Notes: a model not told the origin generated them from the sequence alone. A DNA stretch of 64,000 nucleotides from Thermoanaerobaculia bacterium (GCA_963719225.1 CAVRAY010000001.1:1184001-1248000); one strand, 5' to 3'. Positions 18,185-27,607 are shown, counted from the first letter of the stretch. A program made the numbers and translations.

Positions 18185-19306
18185 ATGCGGATCGCAGTTG
18201 CGATGTCAGGGGGCGTGGACTCGTCGGTCGCGGCCCTCCTTCTCCGCCGCGAAGGCGCCGACGTGGTGGGTCTGTCGATGCACCTCTGGAATCACGACCG
18301 CGACGGGTCGGGGGCGAACACGGGCCGCTGCTGCACGCTCGACGACCTGTCCGTCGCGCGACGCGCGGCCGAGGCGATCGGCGTGCCCCACTTCGTCCTG
18401 AACCTCGAGCAGCGCTTCACGGAAGCGGTCGTGAAGCCGTTCGTGGAGAGCTATCTCGAGGGGAGGACGCCGATCCCGTGCACGGTCTGCAACACGGAGG
18501 TGAAATTCAAGACCCTCCTTCAGAAGGCCTCTGCCCTCGACTGCCAGGCCGTCGCCACGGGGCACTACGCGCGCATCGGAAGGGACGACGTCACGGGAGC
18601 CCCGCGCCTCCTGCGAGCGCGCGACCGCGCCCGCGACCAGTCCTACTTCCTCTACGACCTCACGGAAGAGCAGCTCTCACGCGCCCGCTTCCCGCTGGGA
18701 GAGCTGACGAAGCCCGAGGTGAGAGAAATCGCGCGAGAGGCGGGGCTGCCGAACTGGGACAAGCCCGATTCTCAGGAGGTCTGCTTCGTGCCGAACGGAA
18801 TGACGCCGGCGGACTTCATCCGGCTCGAGGCCGGACGTCTCGGCCTCGAGCTGCCGGCTTTCGCGGGCGCGAAGCGCGGGGAGATTTTCTTAGAAGGTGG
18901 AGAGAGAGTAGGAGCGCACGAAGGGACGATGGCCTATACCGTGGGCCAGAGAAAGGGGATCGGCGTCGCCGCGAAGGAGCCCCTGTACGTGATCGCAACC
19001 AACCCTGAAGAGAGCCGCGTCGTCGTAGGGCCGGCCCCCGCTCTCCTTTCTAAGAAAGTCTTCCTGGAGCGCGTGAGTGTGCGCTTGGCTGGAGGCGTGA
19101 GGTCGCCCGTTTCCGTGCTTGCCCGCATCCGCTCCCGCCATCCCGAGCAGGCCGCCTGCCTGACGCTCTCTGAGGGCGGTCGCGGCTCTCTCGACTTCGA
19201 GGAGCCCGTGTGCGCCGCGGCTCCCGGCCAGTCGGCGGTCTTCTACGACGTGGGCCGACCCGAGGTCGTCCTCGGCGGCGGCGTCATCTCTCGGCCCGCG
19301 GCCTGA
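18185..19306 (+). CDS. mnmA: tRNA 2-thiouridine(34) synthase, CxxC (C-type)
   Basis: AMSGGVDSS PP-loop, TPIPCTVCN, ATGHYA, DQSYFL, DSQEVCF, YTVGQRKG, PGQSAVFY. Confidence 0.96.
   Translation: MRIAVAMSGGVDSSVAALLLRREGADVVGLSMHLWNHDRDGSGANTGRCCTLDDLSVARRAAEAIGVPHFVLNLEQRFTEAVVKPFVESYLEGRTPIPCTVCNTEVKFKTLLQKASALDCQAVATGHYARIGRDDVTGAPRLLRARDRARDQSYFLYDLTEEQLSRARFPLGELTKPEVREIAREAGLPNWDKPDSQEVCFVPNGMTPADFIRLEAGRLGLELPAFAGAKRGEIFLEGGERVGAHEGTMAYTVGQRKGIGVAAKEPLYVIATNPEESRVVVGPAPALLSKKVFLERVSVRLAGGVRSPVSVLARIRSRHPEQAACLTLSEGGRGSLDFEEPVCAAAPGQSAVFYDVGRPEVVLGGGVISRPAA
18879..18903 (-). repeat. Dispersed CTAAG motif copy (antisense in mnmA, EIFLEGG)
   Basis: minus strand tctccacctt-CTAAG-aaaatctccc. 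Confidence 0.85.
19040..19064 (+). repeat. Dispersed CTAAG motif copy (in mnmA, LLSKKV)
   Basis: gctctccttt-CTAAG-aaagtcttcc. Confidence 0.85.
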
Positions 19307-19336
19307 GAGATCAACACATTATTTTCGAAGCGGGGC

Positions 19337-19365
19337 TTGACTTTCGCCTTACTTACGCCTAACTT
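19337..19365 (+). promoter_or_regulatory. Sigma-70 promoter with an 11-bp-period direct repeat in the spacer
   Basis: TTGACT-N17-TAACTT; TTCGCC (19343) and TACGCC (19354) between the boxes. Confidence 0.6.
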
Positions 19366-19384
19366 GCGCCGGCGGGGTGATTCG

Positions 19385-20299
19385 ATGGTTGCCATCAAGA
19401 GGGGCGTGAAAATCGAGGGGCAAGACGCCGTCAACATCAGGGACCTCATCGTTCCCGGCGTCGGCAATCGACGCATCTTCCGGATCCTCCTCACGAATGC
19501 CTGCCGCTTCTCGTGCGACTACTGCCCCATGCGCGCCGAGCGCGACCTGCCCCGGCATGCCCTCGCACCCGCCAGCCTCGCGCGCCTCTTCATGACCGCG
19601 TTTCGCCGCGGCTGGTGCGACGGTCTCTTCGTGACGAGCGGCATCCCGAAGGACCCGATCTTCGCGATGGAGCAGATGCTCCAGCTCGTCGAGATCCTCC
19701 GCTTCACTCACGGGTACCGGGGTTATCTCCATGCGAAGGCGCTGGCGGGCGCCGAGCCGGGCCAGATCGAACGTCTCGTGCGTCTCGTGGATCGCGTCTC
19801 CTACAACCTCGAGGCGCCGTGCCAGCGCGCGCTCGACGAGCATGCTGCCGGCAAGAGCGGGGCAAGCGGGCTTTCGCTGCTCGAGACGGCTCGGGACGCG
19901 GCGCTCGCCGTGCGCGAAGCGCGGCGCGCGTCCGCGCGCCATGCACCGGCGCCTCTTCCGGCTTCTCTTCCCGCCGGGCCGACGCCTGGCCGTCGAGGCC
20001 CCGCACTGGCGCTCGTGAACTCCAGCCGGTTTCCCGTCGAGCTCAGCACGGCCACTCGCGAAGAGCTTCGAAGGGTGCCCGGCGTCGGTCCGCGCACGGT
20101 CGAACGCATCCTGGAAACCCGGTCGCGAAGGGCGCTGAGAGATCCCGCCGATCTCAAGCGGCTCGGCGTTCAGCTCGGTCGAGCCGGCGGTTTTGTCACC
20201 TTGCGCGGACGCCTCGTCGGCACTCGCTCCATCCAGACGCTGCTCTTTGCAAATTGCTCTACTGGAGAGACTTACAAATACAGCGCGGGCACGTTTTGA
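19385..20299 (+). CDS. Putative DNA modification/repair radical SAM protein with HhH (TIGR03916-like), internally shortened
   Basis: ILLTNACRFSCDYC (CxxxCxxC), GLFVTSG, GYLHAK, DRVSYNLE; C-terminal FPVELSTATREELRRVPGVGP HhH. Confidence 0.8.
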   Translation: MVAIKRGVKIEGQDAVNIRDLIVPGVGNRRIFRILLTNACRFSCDYCPMRAERDLPRHALAPASLARLFMTAFRRGWCDGLFVTSGIPKDPIFAMEQMLQLVEILRFTHGYRGYLHAKALAGAEPGQIERLVRLVDRVSYNLEAPCQRALDEHAAGKSGASGLSLLETARDAALAVREARRASARHAPAPLPASLPAGPTPGRRGPALALVNSSRFPVELSTATREELRRVPGVGPRTVERILETRSRRALRDPADLKRLGVQLGRAGGFVTLRGRLVGTRSIQTLLFANCSTGETYKYSAGTF

Positions 20300-20363
20300 C
20301 GAAACGCCGCTCCTCTCCGGAGTCGAAATTGATCAAGGCGTATGCTAGAATTGCGGATTGCGT

Positions 20364-21149
20364 ATGGTCAAGGCCACACCATCTGCCACCCTGATTCTCA
20401 AGGACATTCGAGCCGCGCTGGATTCCCGTCTGGACGGGAAAGAGAGAGGGGATAAAGCGAAAAGCATCGTCCCCAAGGGGCCGCTCAAGGCTCTCGGCCT
20501 CCGCGCGTCCCTCGTGAGATCGATCGCGCGGGACGTCGAGTCGAAGACGCGGCCCGCGATCGATTACACGGCCGCGCTCGCCGTCGTCGATTCGGCCATG
20601 ACGCGGAAGGTGCGCGAGGAAATCCTCGTGGCGCTCGAGATTCTCGAGCATCGCCAGAAGGAGTTCGCTCCGGGCCTTTTCGCGAAAGTCGAGAAGTGGA
20701 GCGCCGTGGCCGACGACCTCGAGGTCGCCGAAGCTCTCGGGATGCGCGTGGCGGCTCCGGCTCTCAGACTCGAGCCGGCGAAGCTGAACGTGGTCAAGAA
20801 GTGGGCGAAGCTCAAGAGCGTCGGGAAGCGGCATCTCGCCGTCCTCGCCGCGACGGGACTCGTGGTGGATGGACACCGCGAAGCGACGGCCGTGCTGAAC
20901 CTGGCGGAGACTCTCCTCGACGAGCAGAATCCGCTTATGGTCGGCGCCGTCGCGCGGCTTCTGCGGGAGACGACGCGCGTCGACGCGAAAGCCGTCCAGG
21001 ATTTCCTCTTCCGGCGCTCGATCGACGGCAACCCGGACATCCTCCGCGCCGGCTCCGAAAACCTCGACGCCGCGCGCCGGGCGGCGCTCATCGCGAAGCT
21101 CGAGGCTCAGGCCGCGCTCACGGCTCCTCTCGCCGCCGCCGAGAGATAA
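20364..21149 (+). CDS. DNA alkylation repair protein (AlkD-like HEAT repeat)
   Basis: LGLRA..VR.IAR, REE...A, W.K..S..KR.A, D....V..AV..LLRE pattern; TGnTAGAAT promoter just upstream. Confidence 0.65.
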   Translation: MVKATPSATLILKDIRAALDSRLDGKERGDKAKSIVPKGPLKALGLRASLVRSIARDVESKTRPAIDYTAALAVVDSAMTRKVREEILVALEILEHRQKEFAPGLFAKVEKWSAVADDLEVAEALGMRVAAPALRLEPAKLNVVKKWAKLKSVGKRHLAVLAATGLVVDGHREATAVLNLAETLLDEQNPLMVGAVARLLRETTRVDAKAVQDFLFRRSIDGNPDILRAGSENLDAARRAALIAKLEAQAALTAPLAAAER

Positions 21150-23265
21150 CCTTTTCCCCTTTCGCTCCCCGAAAAAGCAGATAGCCCAGCGCTGCGAAGG
21201 CGAGGATGGGCAGAACGTCCGATCCGAAGAGCCCCGGCCAGAACCTCGGGCCGAGCGCGATTTTCATCGGCAGATCGAAATCCTCGTCGAACCCGAGCCC
21301 GAAGACGGGGAAGTGCAGGAACGCGACGAGGACGCCCACGAGCGCCCCTCCCGCGATGAGGCCCGAGGAGAGGAGCGTTCCTTCGCTCTCGCTCGCCTCG
21401 TCGGGCACGCGGCCGTATCTCCTGTCCGCGAGCTTGCGGACGAGGCCGCCGACGAAGATCGGCATCGTCGTGGACAAAGGCAGGTAGACGCCGACCGCGA
21501 ACGTGAGCGAGTGCCCCGTCAGGAGCTCGATGAAAACGGCGATCGCGGCCCCGATGAGAACGAGCCCCCAGGGCAGCTTCTGGTCGAGGAGCCCCGAGAT
21601 GAGCACGGCCATCAGGTTCGCCTGGGGAGCCGGAAAGTTGCGGTTTCCGATGCCGTCCACGCGGCGGAACACGGCAGCGCCGGTTGAGCGGTCCACGAGA
21701 TAGTTGCCGGATTCGAGCGCGGGGGCGTCCCCCGCATTAACCCTCACGAATGCGTAAGCCTTCCCATCCGGGCCCTTCACGTCCTCGGCGGGCGTGATCG
21801 AGGCGGCTGGGATCGGAACCGCAGCGGCGAGCCGGGTGAGCTTCGTCTCCGACGCGTTCAGAGCCCAGGTCGTCCAGCCGATCGCGAGCACGGACGTCAG
21901 GACTCCGGCGAGGATGGCGGCTTGCTGCGAGCGCGGGGTGGAGCCGACGAGGTAACCGGTCTTGAGGTCCTGAGCCGTGGTGCCGGCGTTCGAGATCGCG
22001 ATGCAGACGACGGCCGCCACGACGAGCGCGAGATAGGCATAGCTCGATCCCGTCCAGCCCACGGCGAGAAAGATGAGGCAGCTTCCGATCACGACCGCGA
22101 TCGTCATGCCGGAAAGCGGGCAGGACGACGAGCCGACGAGACCCGTGATGCGCGCCGACACGACGGAGAAGAGAAAGCCGAAGATGACGATGAGCGCCGC
22201 GCCGAGGACGTTCATCCGGAAGACGGGCACGACCGTGATGAAGGCGACGATGGCGAGCGAGCCGCCGATCACCCACGTGAGCGGTGTGTCCCGTTCGGTC
22301 CGGACGACGGAGGCCCCGCCGGCCGATCCGCTCCGAAGCTGCTTCACGGAGGCGGTGAGAGAGTCCCAGATCGACGGGGCGGCTCGCGCGAGGCCGAGGA
22401 CGCCGCCCATCGCGACCGCGCCCGCCCCGATGTAGCGCAGGTACTTGTCCTTGAGGGCGGCGTAATCCATGTCGCGGATGAGCGTCGTGGCGGGGGCGAG
22501 GGGCTCGGTCAGGTGGCTCCCGAAGAACACGACCATCGGTCCGAGAATGAGCGCCGCGAGCAGTCCGCCCGCCACCATGACGACGCTCGTCTCGTACCCG
22601 ATGATGTAGCCGACGGCGAGGAGCTCGGGCGACGTCTCGCATTCGAGGCGCGAGCCCGGATAGAAGGAGAACGCACGCCCCACGTTGTCCTTGAAGAGGC
22701 CGAGGAGCTTCGTGGAGAGCTTGAAGAGCGCGCCGAACCCGATCCCGAAGAAGATTTTTCGCGCCGACGTCCCTCCCTGCTCGCCGGCGATGAGGATCTC
22801 CGCGCATGCCGTGCCCTCGGGGAAGCGAAGAGCGCCGTGTTCCTTCACGATCAGATAGCGCCGGAGCGGGATCATCATGAGGACGCCGAGGACGCCGCCG
22901 GTGAGGGCGATCAGGAACGTGACGGGGATCTTCATCGGAAAGCCGAGGAAGATGAGAGCGGGGATCGTGAAGACGACGGCGGCCGCCACGGACTCGCCCG
23001 CCGACCCCGTCGTCTGGACGACGTTGTTCTCGAGGATCGTCGAATTCCCCAGTTTCTTGAGGATCGTGATCGCCATGACGGCGATCGGAATCGATGCCGA
23101 GGTCGTCAGGCCGACCTTGAGCCCCAGATAGACCGATGCCGCGCCGAAGACGATCCCGAGAATCGATCCGAGCGCGACGGCCCGGAACGTGAGTTCCGCG
23201 GGCGCCTCCGAGGCCGGCACCCATGGCTGGAACACGGCAGGGGTCGTCCCGTCGGGCTCGGCCAT
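21118..23265 (-). CDS. OPT-family oligopeptide transporter
   Basis: YLGLKVGLT.SASIP, LENNVVQT.GSAGES, FPEGTACAE, QDLKTGYLVG.TP..QQ, PAPQA.LM. Confidence 0.94.
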   Translation of the reverse strand: MAEPDGTTPAVFQPWVPASEAPAELTFRAVALGSILGIVFGAASVYLGLKVGLTTSASIPIAVMAITILKKLGNSTILENNVVQTTGSAGESVAAAVVFTIPALIFLGFPMKIPVTFLIALTGGVLGVLMMIPLRRYLIVKEHGALRFPEGTACAEILIAGEQGGTSARKIFFGIGFGALFKLSTKLLGLFKDNVGRAFSFYPGSRLECETSPELLAVGYIIGYETSVVMVAGGLLAALILGPMVVFFGSHLTEPLAPATTLIRDMDYAALKDKYLRYIGAGAVAMGGVLGLARAAPSIWDSLTASVKQLRSGSAGGASVVRTERDTPLTWVIGGSLAIVAFITVVPVFRMNVLGAALIVIFGFLFSVVSARITGLVGSSSCPLSGMTIAVVIGSCLIFLAVGWTGSSYAYLALVVAAVVCIAISNAGTTAQDLKTGYLVGSTPRSQQAAILAGVLTSVLAIGWTTWALNASETKLTRLAAAVPIPAASITPAEDVKGPDGKAYAFVRVNAGDAPALESGNYLVDRSTGAAVFRRVDGIGNRNFPAPQANLMAVLISGLLDQKLPWGLVLIGAAIAVFIELLTGHSLTFAVGVYLPLSTTMPIFVGGLVRKLADRRYGRVPDEASESEGTLLSSGLIAGGALVGVLVAFLHFPVFGLGFDEDFDLPMKIALGPRFWPGLFGSDVLPILAFAALGYLLFRGAKGEKVISRRRREEP

Positions 23266-23287
23266 TCTCGTGAGTCTAAGGGACCGG

Positions 23288-24265
23288 TCAGCGCGAGAGG
23301 AGCAGTCGCTCGGCGCTCGCGAGCTCCTGACCCGTGAGCGGCTTCGCGAACGGCGTCGAACGCCACCGCGCCGCACGCTCTCCCTGGGGAAGGCGGCCGA
23401 TCAACCGGATCTCGGCCTCGAGGCGCTCGTGAGCGCGGGCGTCGAGGTCGTCCAGGCGGCTCGCGAGCCGGCGAAGCCCGGAGCGCTGGTCTTCGCTGAA
23501 GTCGCGCACGAACGTCCAGCGGTCCTCGAGAAGGGCTCGTTCCTCGTCGGGTCGGTTGCGGAACGCCCGTTCGAGGGCCGAGAGCCGCTCGCGCTCCTTG
23601 TGCGCCGTGCGCTGCCAGTCGAGGAAGCGCCCCGTCAGCGCGTCCGAGGAGTCGGGAGGGCGCGAGGAAAAGCCCCCGAGGGGCATCGGAACCGGCGCGC
23701 GCGGACCGACGGGCTCGGGAAAGAACGCGTCGAGGCGCGCGAGGGTCTGGAACGAGTTGAGGAAGTCGAAATCGTGAAGGGCCGCCGCTTCGGACTTTTC
23801 CTGCGCGGTCAGCGGGGGTGCCTGGAACGAGATCGGCGTCGAACGCACGGCGACGATGTCCGGAGGAGGAAGTTCGCGGGCTTCGGTGTGCATGCTCGCC
23901 GGCTTTGCAAGCACCGGCACGGTGGGTACGGCGCCGATCGCGGTGGACGAAGCGCCCCGGCCGCGCAGAAAACGTGGAGCGGCGAATGCCGCGATCGTGA
24001 GCACGGCGGCCGCGCCCGCCAGCATCCAGAAGCTTCGCTTTGCGGCACCGGGTCCTGCGTTCAGCCTCTGCCGCAACCTCACGTCGAGATCGGGTGCCGG
24101 CTCGGAGGGAGATCCGGGGCGAATGAGCCTGTCGAGCGCCGCGTAGTCACGCGCGGCGGACCGACAGGCCGCGCATTCCTCGAGGTGCGCAACGACGGGC
24201 GCGTGTCCACCCTGCGCGGCAGACGCGGGATCCACGATCCGCTCCCGAAGCTCGTCGCACGTCAC
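23288..24265 (-). CDS. Zinc-finger (ZAS) anti-sigma factor with TM and DUF3106-like periplasmic region
   Basis: MTC...HLEECAAC (HxxxCxxC), one TM, W/F-x-x-L-x-x-E-x-R helical repeats; overlaps sigma stop. Confidence 0.75.
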   Translation of the reverse strand: MTCDELRERIVDPASAAQGGHAPVVAHLEECAACRSAARDYAALDRLIRPGSPSEPAPDLDVRLRQRLNAGPGAAKRSFWMLAGAAAVLTIAAFAAPRFLRGRGASSTAIGAVPTVPVLAKPASMHTEARELPPPDIVAVRSTPISFQAPPLTAQEKSEAAALHDFDFLNSFQTLARLDAFFPEPVGPRAPVPMPLGGFSSRPPDSSDALTGRFLDWQRTAHKERERLSALERAFRNRPDEERALLEDRWTFVRDFSEDQRSGLRRLASRLDDLDARAHERLEAEIRLIGRLPQGERAARWRSTPFAKPLTGQELASAERLLLSR

Positions 24266-24873
24266 GGGGATGTCACCGGCGGCCTGCCTGGCGCCGAGAA
24301 CGCCCGGTCTGCCGCGTCCGGCACCGCCAGCGCCGGCGAAGAGCCCGAGACCTCGAGCGCCGGTCCAAGAAATACCCGGAGGGTCTCGAGCGCTCGCACG
24401 AGGCGTCGCCGCACCTCCGTCTCGGAAACTCCGAGCGCCGCCGCGGCCGCGGCGACGGAAAGCCGCGCGACGCGCGTGAGCAGGAACGCGCTCCTTTCGC
24501 CGGCCGGCAATGCTGCGATCGCCGAACGCACCAGGGCCGTCCGGGCGGACGGAGACTCGGCGAGCTTCGAAGCCGGAACCTCGAGAACGGCGCCGGGCCT
24601 GGTGTCCTGCACGACTTTCGCGACGACGCCCCAGAGGAAGATCGGGAATGCCGATCCCGGCGCATAGGAGTCCGCCGTCCGAACGAGGCGCTCGAAGGCC
24701 TGGACGGTCGCCTCGGCCGCCGCGGAGGGCTCACGCGTGCGCTCGAAAAGCGCGTAGACCGGCTGGCGCCACCTGGCGACGATGCGCGTGAGAGCCGCAT
24801 CGTCCCCTGCCGCGACCAGAAGCAGATCACCGGAGTCTGGCGCGGGCTGGACCCCGCTCCTGGGAAAAGCCAC
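24262..24873 (-). CDS. ECF RNA polymerase sigma factor (degenerate)
   Basis: GDDAAL..IV.RW..PVY, AIAALPAGERSAFLL, AAALGVSE.EVRRRL.RA..LR (region 4); paired with anti-sigma. Confidence 0.7.
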   Translation of the reverse strand: MAFPRSGVQPAPDSGDLLLVAAGDDAALTRIVARWRQPVYALFERTREPSAAAEATVQAFERLVRTADSYAPGSAFPIFLWGVVAKVVQDTRPGAVLEVPASKLAESPSARTALVRSAIAALPAGERSAFLLTRVARLSVAAAAAALGVSETEVRRRLVRALETLRVFLGPALEVSGSSPALAVPDAADRAFSAPGRPPVTSP

Positions 24874-24911
24874 CGGGTCGATTTTGCCAGAGGAGGACGG
24901 GCCGCGCGACG

Positions 24912-25409
24912 TTACTTCTCGGATTTGAGGAAACGCGAGGTGAAGAACTCCTGCACCGCTGCATCTCCCTTTCGGGTCAGCGCGGCCATTTCGCCGTGCG
25001 CGAGCACCTCGATGACGCGGCCGTCCGGCATGAAGATCACGATGCCGGGCTGTTCGGCGCGCGTGTCGATGTTGTAGCGGACGAGAAGCTGTGCGTTCGT
25101 GCCGCTCGAGACGTCGACGAAGACGGGGACGAACTGGTTGATGAACGGTTCGAAGAATTTGCCTTTGTGGAGCGCGCGATTGAACGTGCGGCACGGCGCG
25201 CATTCGTTCGTGCCGAAGACGAGGAGGAGCCGGCGCCCGGAGTCCAGAGCCACTTTCTGGTAGTCGACGATCTGCTTTTCTCCGACGGCGTCCGCATCGA
25301 AGATGGGTCCTTCGGGAACGGCGGGCGTCGGAGCGGGCGCCGCGCGGCCGGCGAGTGAAAGGCAGACGGAGAGGCCGAGGAGAAAGGCGAAAGAGGTCCG
25401 CGGATTCAT
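24912..25409 (-). CDS. Exported thioredoxin-family protein
   Basis: Signal peptide; RRLLLVFGTNECAPCR (CxxC); P.IVIF..DG. Confidence 0.8.
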   Translation of the reverse strand: MNPRTSFAFLLGLSVCLSLAGRAAPAPTPAVPEGPIFDADAVGEKQIVDYQKVALDSGRRLLLVFGTNECAPCRTFNRALHKGKFFEPFINQFVPVFVDVSSGTNAQLLVRYNIDTRAEQPGIVIFMPDGRVIEVLAHGEMAALTRKGDAAVQEFFTSRFLKSEK

Positions 25410-25437
25410 CGTTGGTTGTTTCCTTGTCTCGAAGAGT

Positions 25438-25758
25438 TCAATTCGGCCGAAACGATTCCGTGCCGCTTTGTCGCGGCGCCTCGAAATCGATGCGGATCGT
25501 CCCGAAGGTCTTCTCGTAGAGCGCCACGTTCTGGGAAAGGGCGTTGAGCAGTTGCTTGGCATGGACCGGGGTCGTGAGAACGCGCGACAGGACGCGGACG
25601 TCGTTGCGACCCGGCACGATGCGCCCGAAGTCGAGGACGAACTCCGCCGGGTTGTGGATGATGTTCGCGAAATTGACGTAAACGCCGTTCGCGACCGAGT
25701 CATCGATCTGGAAATGGAGAGACGGAGTCTGGGATTCGGGCTTGGGCTGGTCAGCCAC
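25438..25758 (-). CDS. DUF3467 domain protein
   Basis: ANGVYVNFANIIH.PAEFVLDF, SRV..TP.HAK.LL.AL..N...YE..FG.I; GAGG RBS. Confidence 0.88.
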   Translation of the reverse strand: MADQPKPESQTPSLHFQIDDSVANGVYVNFANIIHNPAEFVLDFGRIVPGRNDVRVLSRVLTTPVHAKQLLNALSQNVALYEKTFGTIRIDFEAPRQSGTESFRPN

Positions 25759-25821
25759 GGCGGCACCTCGCGATTCGTGCGTGTGCCTCCTCGCAAGAGG
25801 CGCGCCAGTATAGTGGACGTC

Positions 25822-26685
25822 ATGCGCCGCGTCGCGATCCTCTTTCTCCTCCCGACTCTCCTCGCCGCCTCGGAGCCGACTCCGAAGCCCGCCGAAATCG
25901 ATGTGCTTTGGGGTCTTCGCGCGGAGGGGTCGACGGGGGGACGCGCTCTTCCCGGCCCGATCGATCACGTGATCGAGGCCTGCCGCGCGGCCCTCGCCGC
26001 GAAACCGGACATGCTCGAGGTGCGCTGGCGCCTCATGAGGGCCCTGTACTTCAAGGGCGAGCACACGACGAATGACGTTGCCGCAAAGAAGACGATCTTC
26101 GACGAAGGGCGGACGGTCGCCGAGCAGACCCTCATCATCCTCAGAGGAGAGGCCGGCCGTGAGGCGCACCGGGACCTCGGCAGGGCCACGCCTGTCGACC
26201 TCGTCCCGTACGTCAAGGGAAACGCCGCGGCCGCGCCGTCCTTTCTCTGGGCCGCCGTCGACTGGGGGAAATGGGCTCTCGCGTTCGGGAAGATGGCGGC
26301 GGTCAAGCAAGGCGCTGCTTCGAAGATCCGCGACTATGCGCAGGCGGTCATCCTGCTCGACCCGACGTACGACGGCGGCGGGGGATACCGCGTTCTGGGC
26401 AGGCTCCATCACCAGACGCCGGCCGTGCCGTTCTTCACGGGGTGGGCGTCGCGGTCACTGGCCCTGAAGAATCTCCGCCTCGCCGTCGAGACGGGTCCCC
26501 GGAATCTCGTGGGCCGCCAGTTTCTCGCGGAGGCGATGTGGGATTACGAGCCCGCCCGCCGTGCCGAGGCGCGCGCGATGCTGGAGAAGATTCTCACCGA
26601 GACGCCGGATCCCGACTATCTCGTGGAGAACCGGAAGACGCAGGAGGAGTCGTCGCAGCTCCTCAAGGACTGGGCCGGCCGGTGA
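25822..26685 (+). CDS. Exported TPR-like helical protein
   Basis: Signal peptide; W.L.RA.YF.G, LDPTYDGGG.YRVLGRL..P pattern. Confidence 0.7.
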   Translation: MRRVAILFLLPTLLAASEPTPKPAEIDVLWGLRAEGSTGGRALPGPIDHVIEACRAALAAKPDMLEVRWRLMRALYFKGEHTTNDVAAKKTIFDEGRTVAEQTLIILRGEAGREAHRDLGRATPVDLVPYVKGNAAAAPSFLWAAVDWGKWALAFGKMAAVKQGAASKIRDYAQAVILLDPTYDGGGGYRVLGRLHHQTPAVPFFTGWASRSLALKNLRLAVETGPRNLVGRQFLAEAMWDYEPARRAEARAMLEKILTETPDPDYLVENRKTQEESSQLLKDWAGR

Positions 26686-26689
26686 GAGA

Positions 26690-27607
26690 ATGAGCCGCGT
26701 GAGCGACAACCGGCTGCGCACCGCGATCGACCGGATCGTCTCGGAGGCCGAGAACCGTCCTCTTCTGTCCGCCATCGACGCGGCGCCGAGGCCCCAGAAG
26801 AAGGAGATCATCGAGATCCTGCGGCTCCTTCAGGAAGTCGTCTATCCCGGATTCTTCGGCGACGCGGTGCTCTACCGCGCGAACCTGCACGACCATCTCG
26901 GAGACGTCCTCTTTCACATTCACCTGAGGCTCGCGAAGGAGATCGAGAAGGCGCTCCCTCTTGCGGGGGGCCGCGACGCGAATGCCGTCGACCTGACGAC
27001 GCGCTTCTTCGAAGGCCTGCCCGGGATCGCCGACCTCCTCGCCGAGGACGTGCGTGCCGCGTTCGACGGCGATCCCGCCGCGACCGGCTTCGACGAGATC
27101 GTCCTCGCCTATCCGGGAGTGAAGGCCGTCTTCACCTATCGTCTGGCCCACGCGCTCTACGACCTCGGCGTGCCGCTGATCCCGCGCATCATGACCGAGT
27201 TCGCGCACCTCGAGACGGGCGTCGACATCCATCCCGGCGCGCGCATCGGCCGCTCTTTCTTCATCGATCACGGGACGGGAACCGTCATCGGCGAGACCAC
27301 GGACATCGGCGATCGCGTGAAGCTGTACCAGGGGGTCACGCTCGGCGCGCTGTCGTTCCCGAAGAACGAGCGGGGAGAGCTCATCCGCGGCCGGAAGAGG
27401 CATCCGACCGTGATGGACGATGTCGTCATCTACGCGGGGGCGACGATCCTCGGCGGCGAGACCGTGATCGGGAAAGGCTGCGTCATCGGCGGCAGCGTGT
27501 GGCTGACGTCGTCCGTGCCGCCGGGCACTCGCGTGACCCTTCCGAACGACCAGCTCCGGATCGAAACGCGTGCCGTTCTCGAGGCGCCCATCCACTCTTC
27601 AAAATGA
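26690..27607 (+). CDS. cysE: Serine O-acetyltransferase (EpsC/CysE type)
   Basis: GDPAA, YPG..A...YRLAH, TGVDIHPGARIG, FIDHGTG.VIGET, KRHPT. Confidence 0.93.
   Translation: MSRVSDNRLRTAIDRIVSEAENRPLLSAIDAAPRPQKKEIIEILRLLQEVVYPGFFGDAVLYRANLHDHLGDVLFHIHLRLAKEIEKALPLAGGRDANAVDLTTRFFEGLPGIADLLAEDVRAAFDGDPAATGFDEIVLAYPGVKAVFTYRLAHALYDLGVPLIPRIMTEFAHLETGVDIHPGARIGRSFFIDHGTGTVIGETTDIGDRVKLYQGVTLGALSFPKNERGELIRGRKRHPTVMDDVVIYAGATILGGETVIGKGCVIGGSVWLTSSVPPGTRVTLPNDQLRIETRAVLEAPIHSSK

Noticed and set aside
23270-23285. CTAAG at 23276
   Set aside because: Flanks do not match; better explained as the TAGACT -10 element of the OPT gene on the minus strand.
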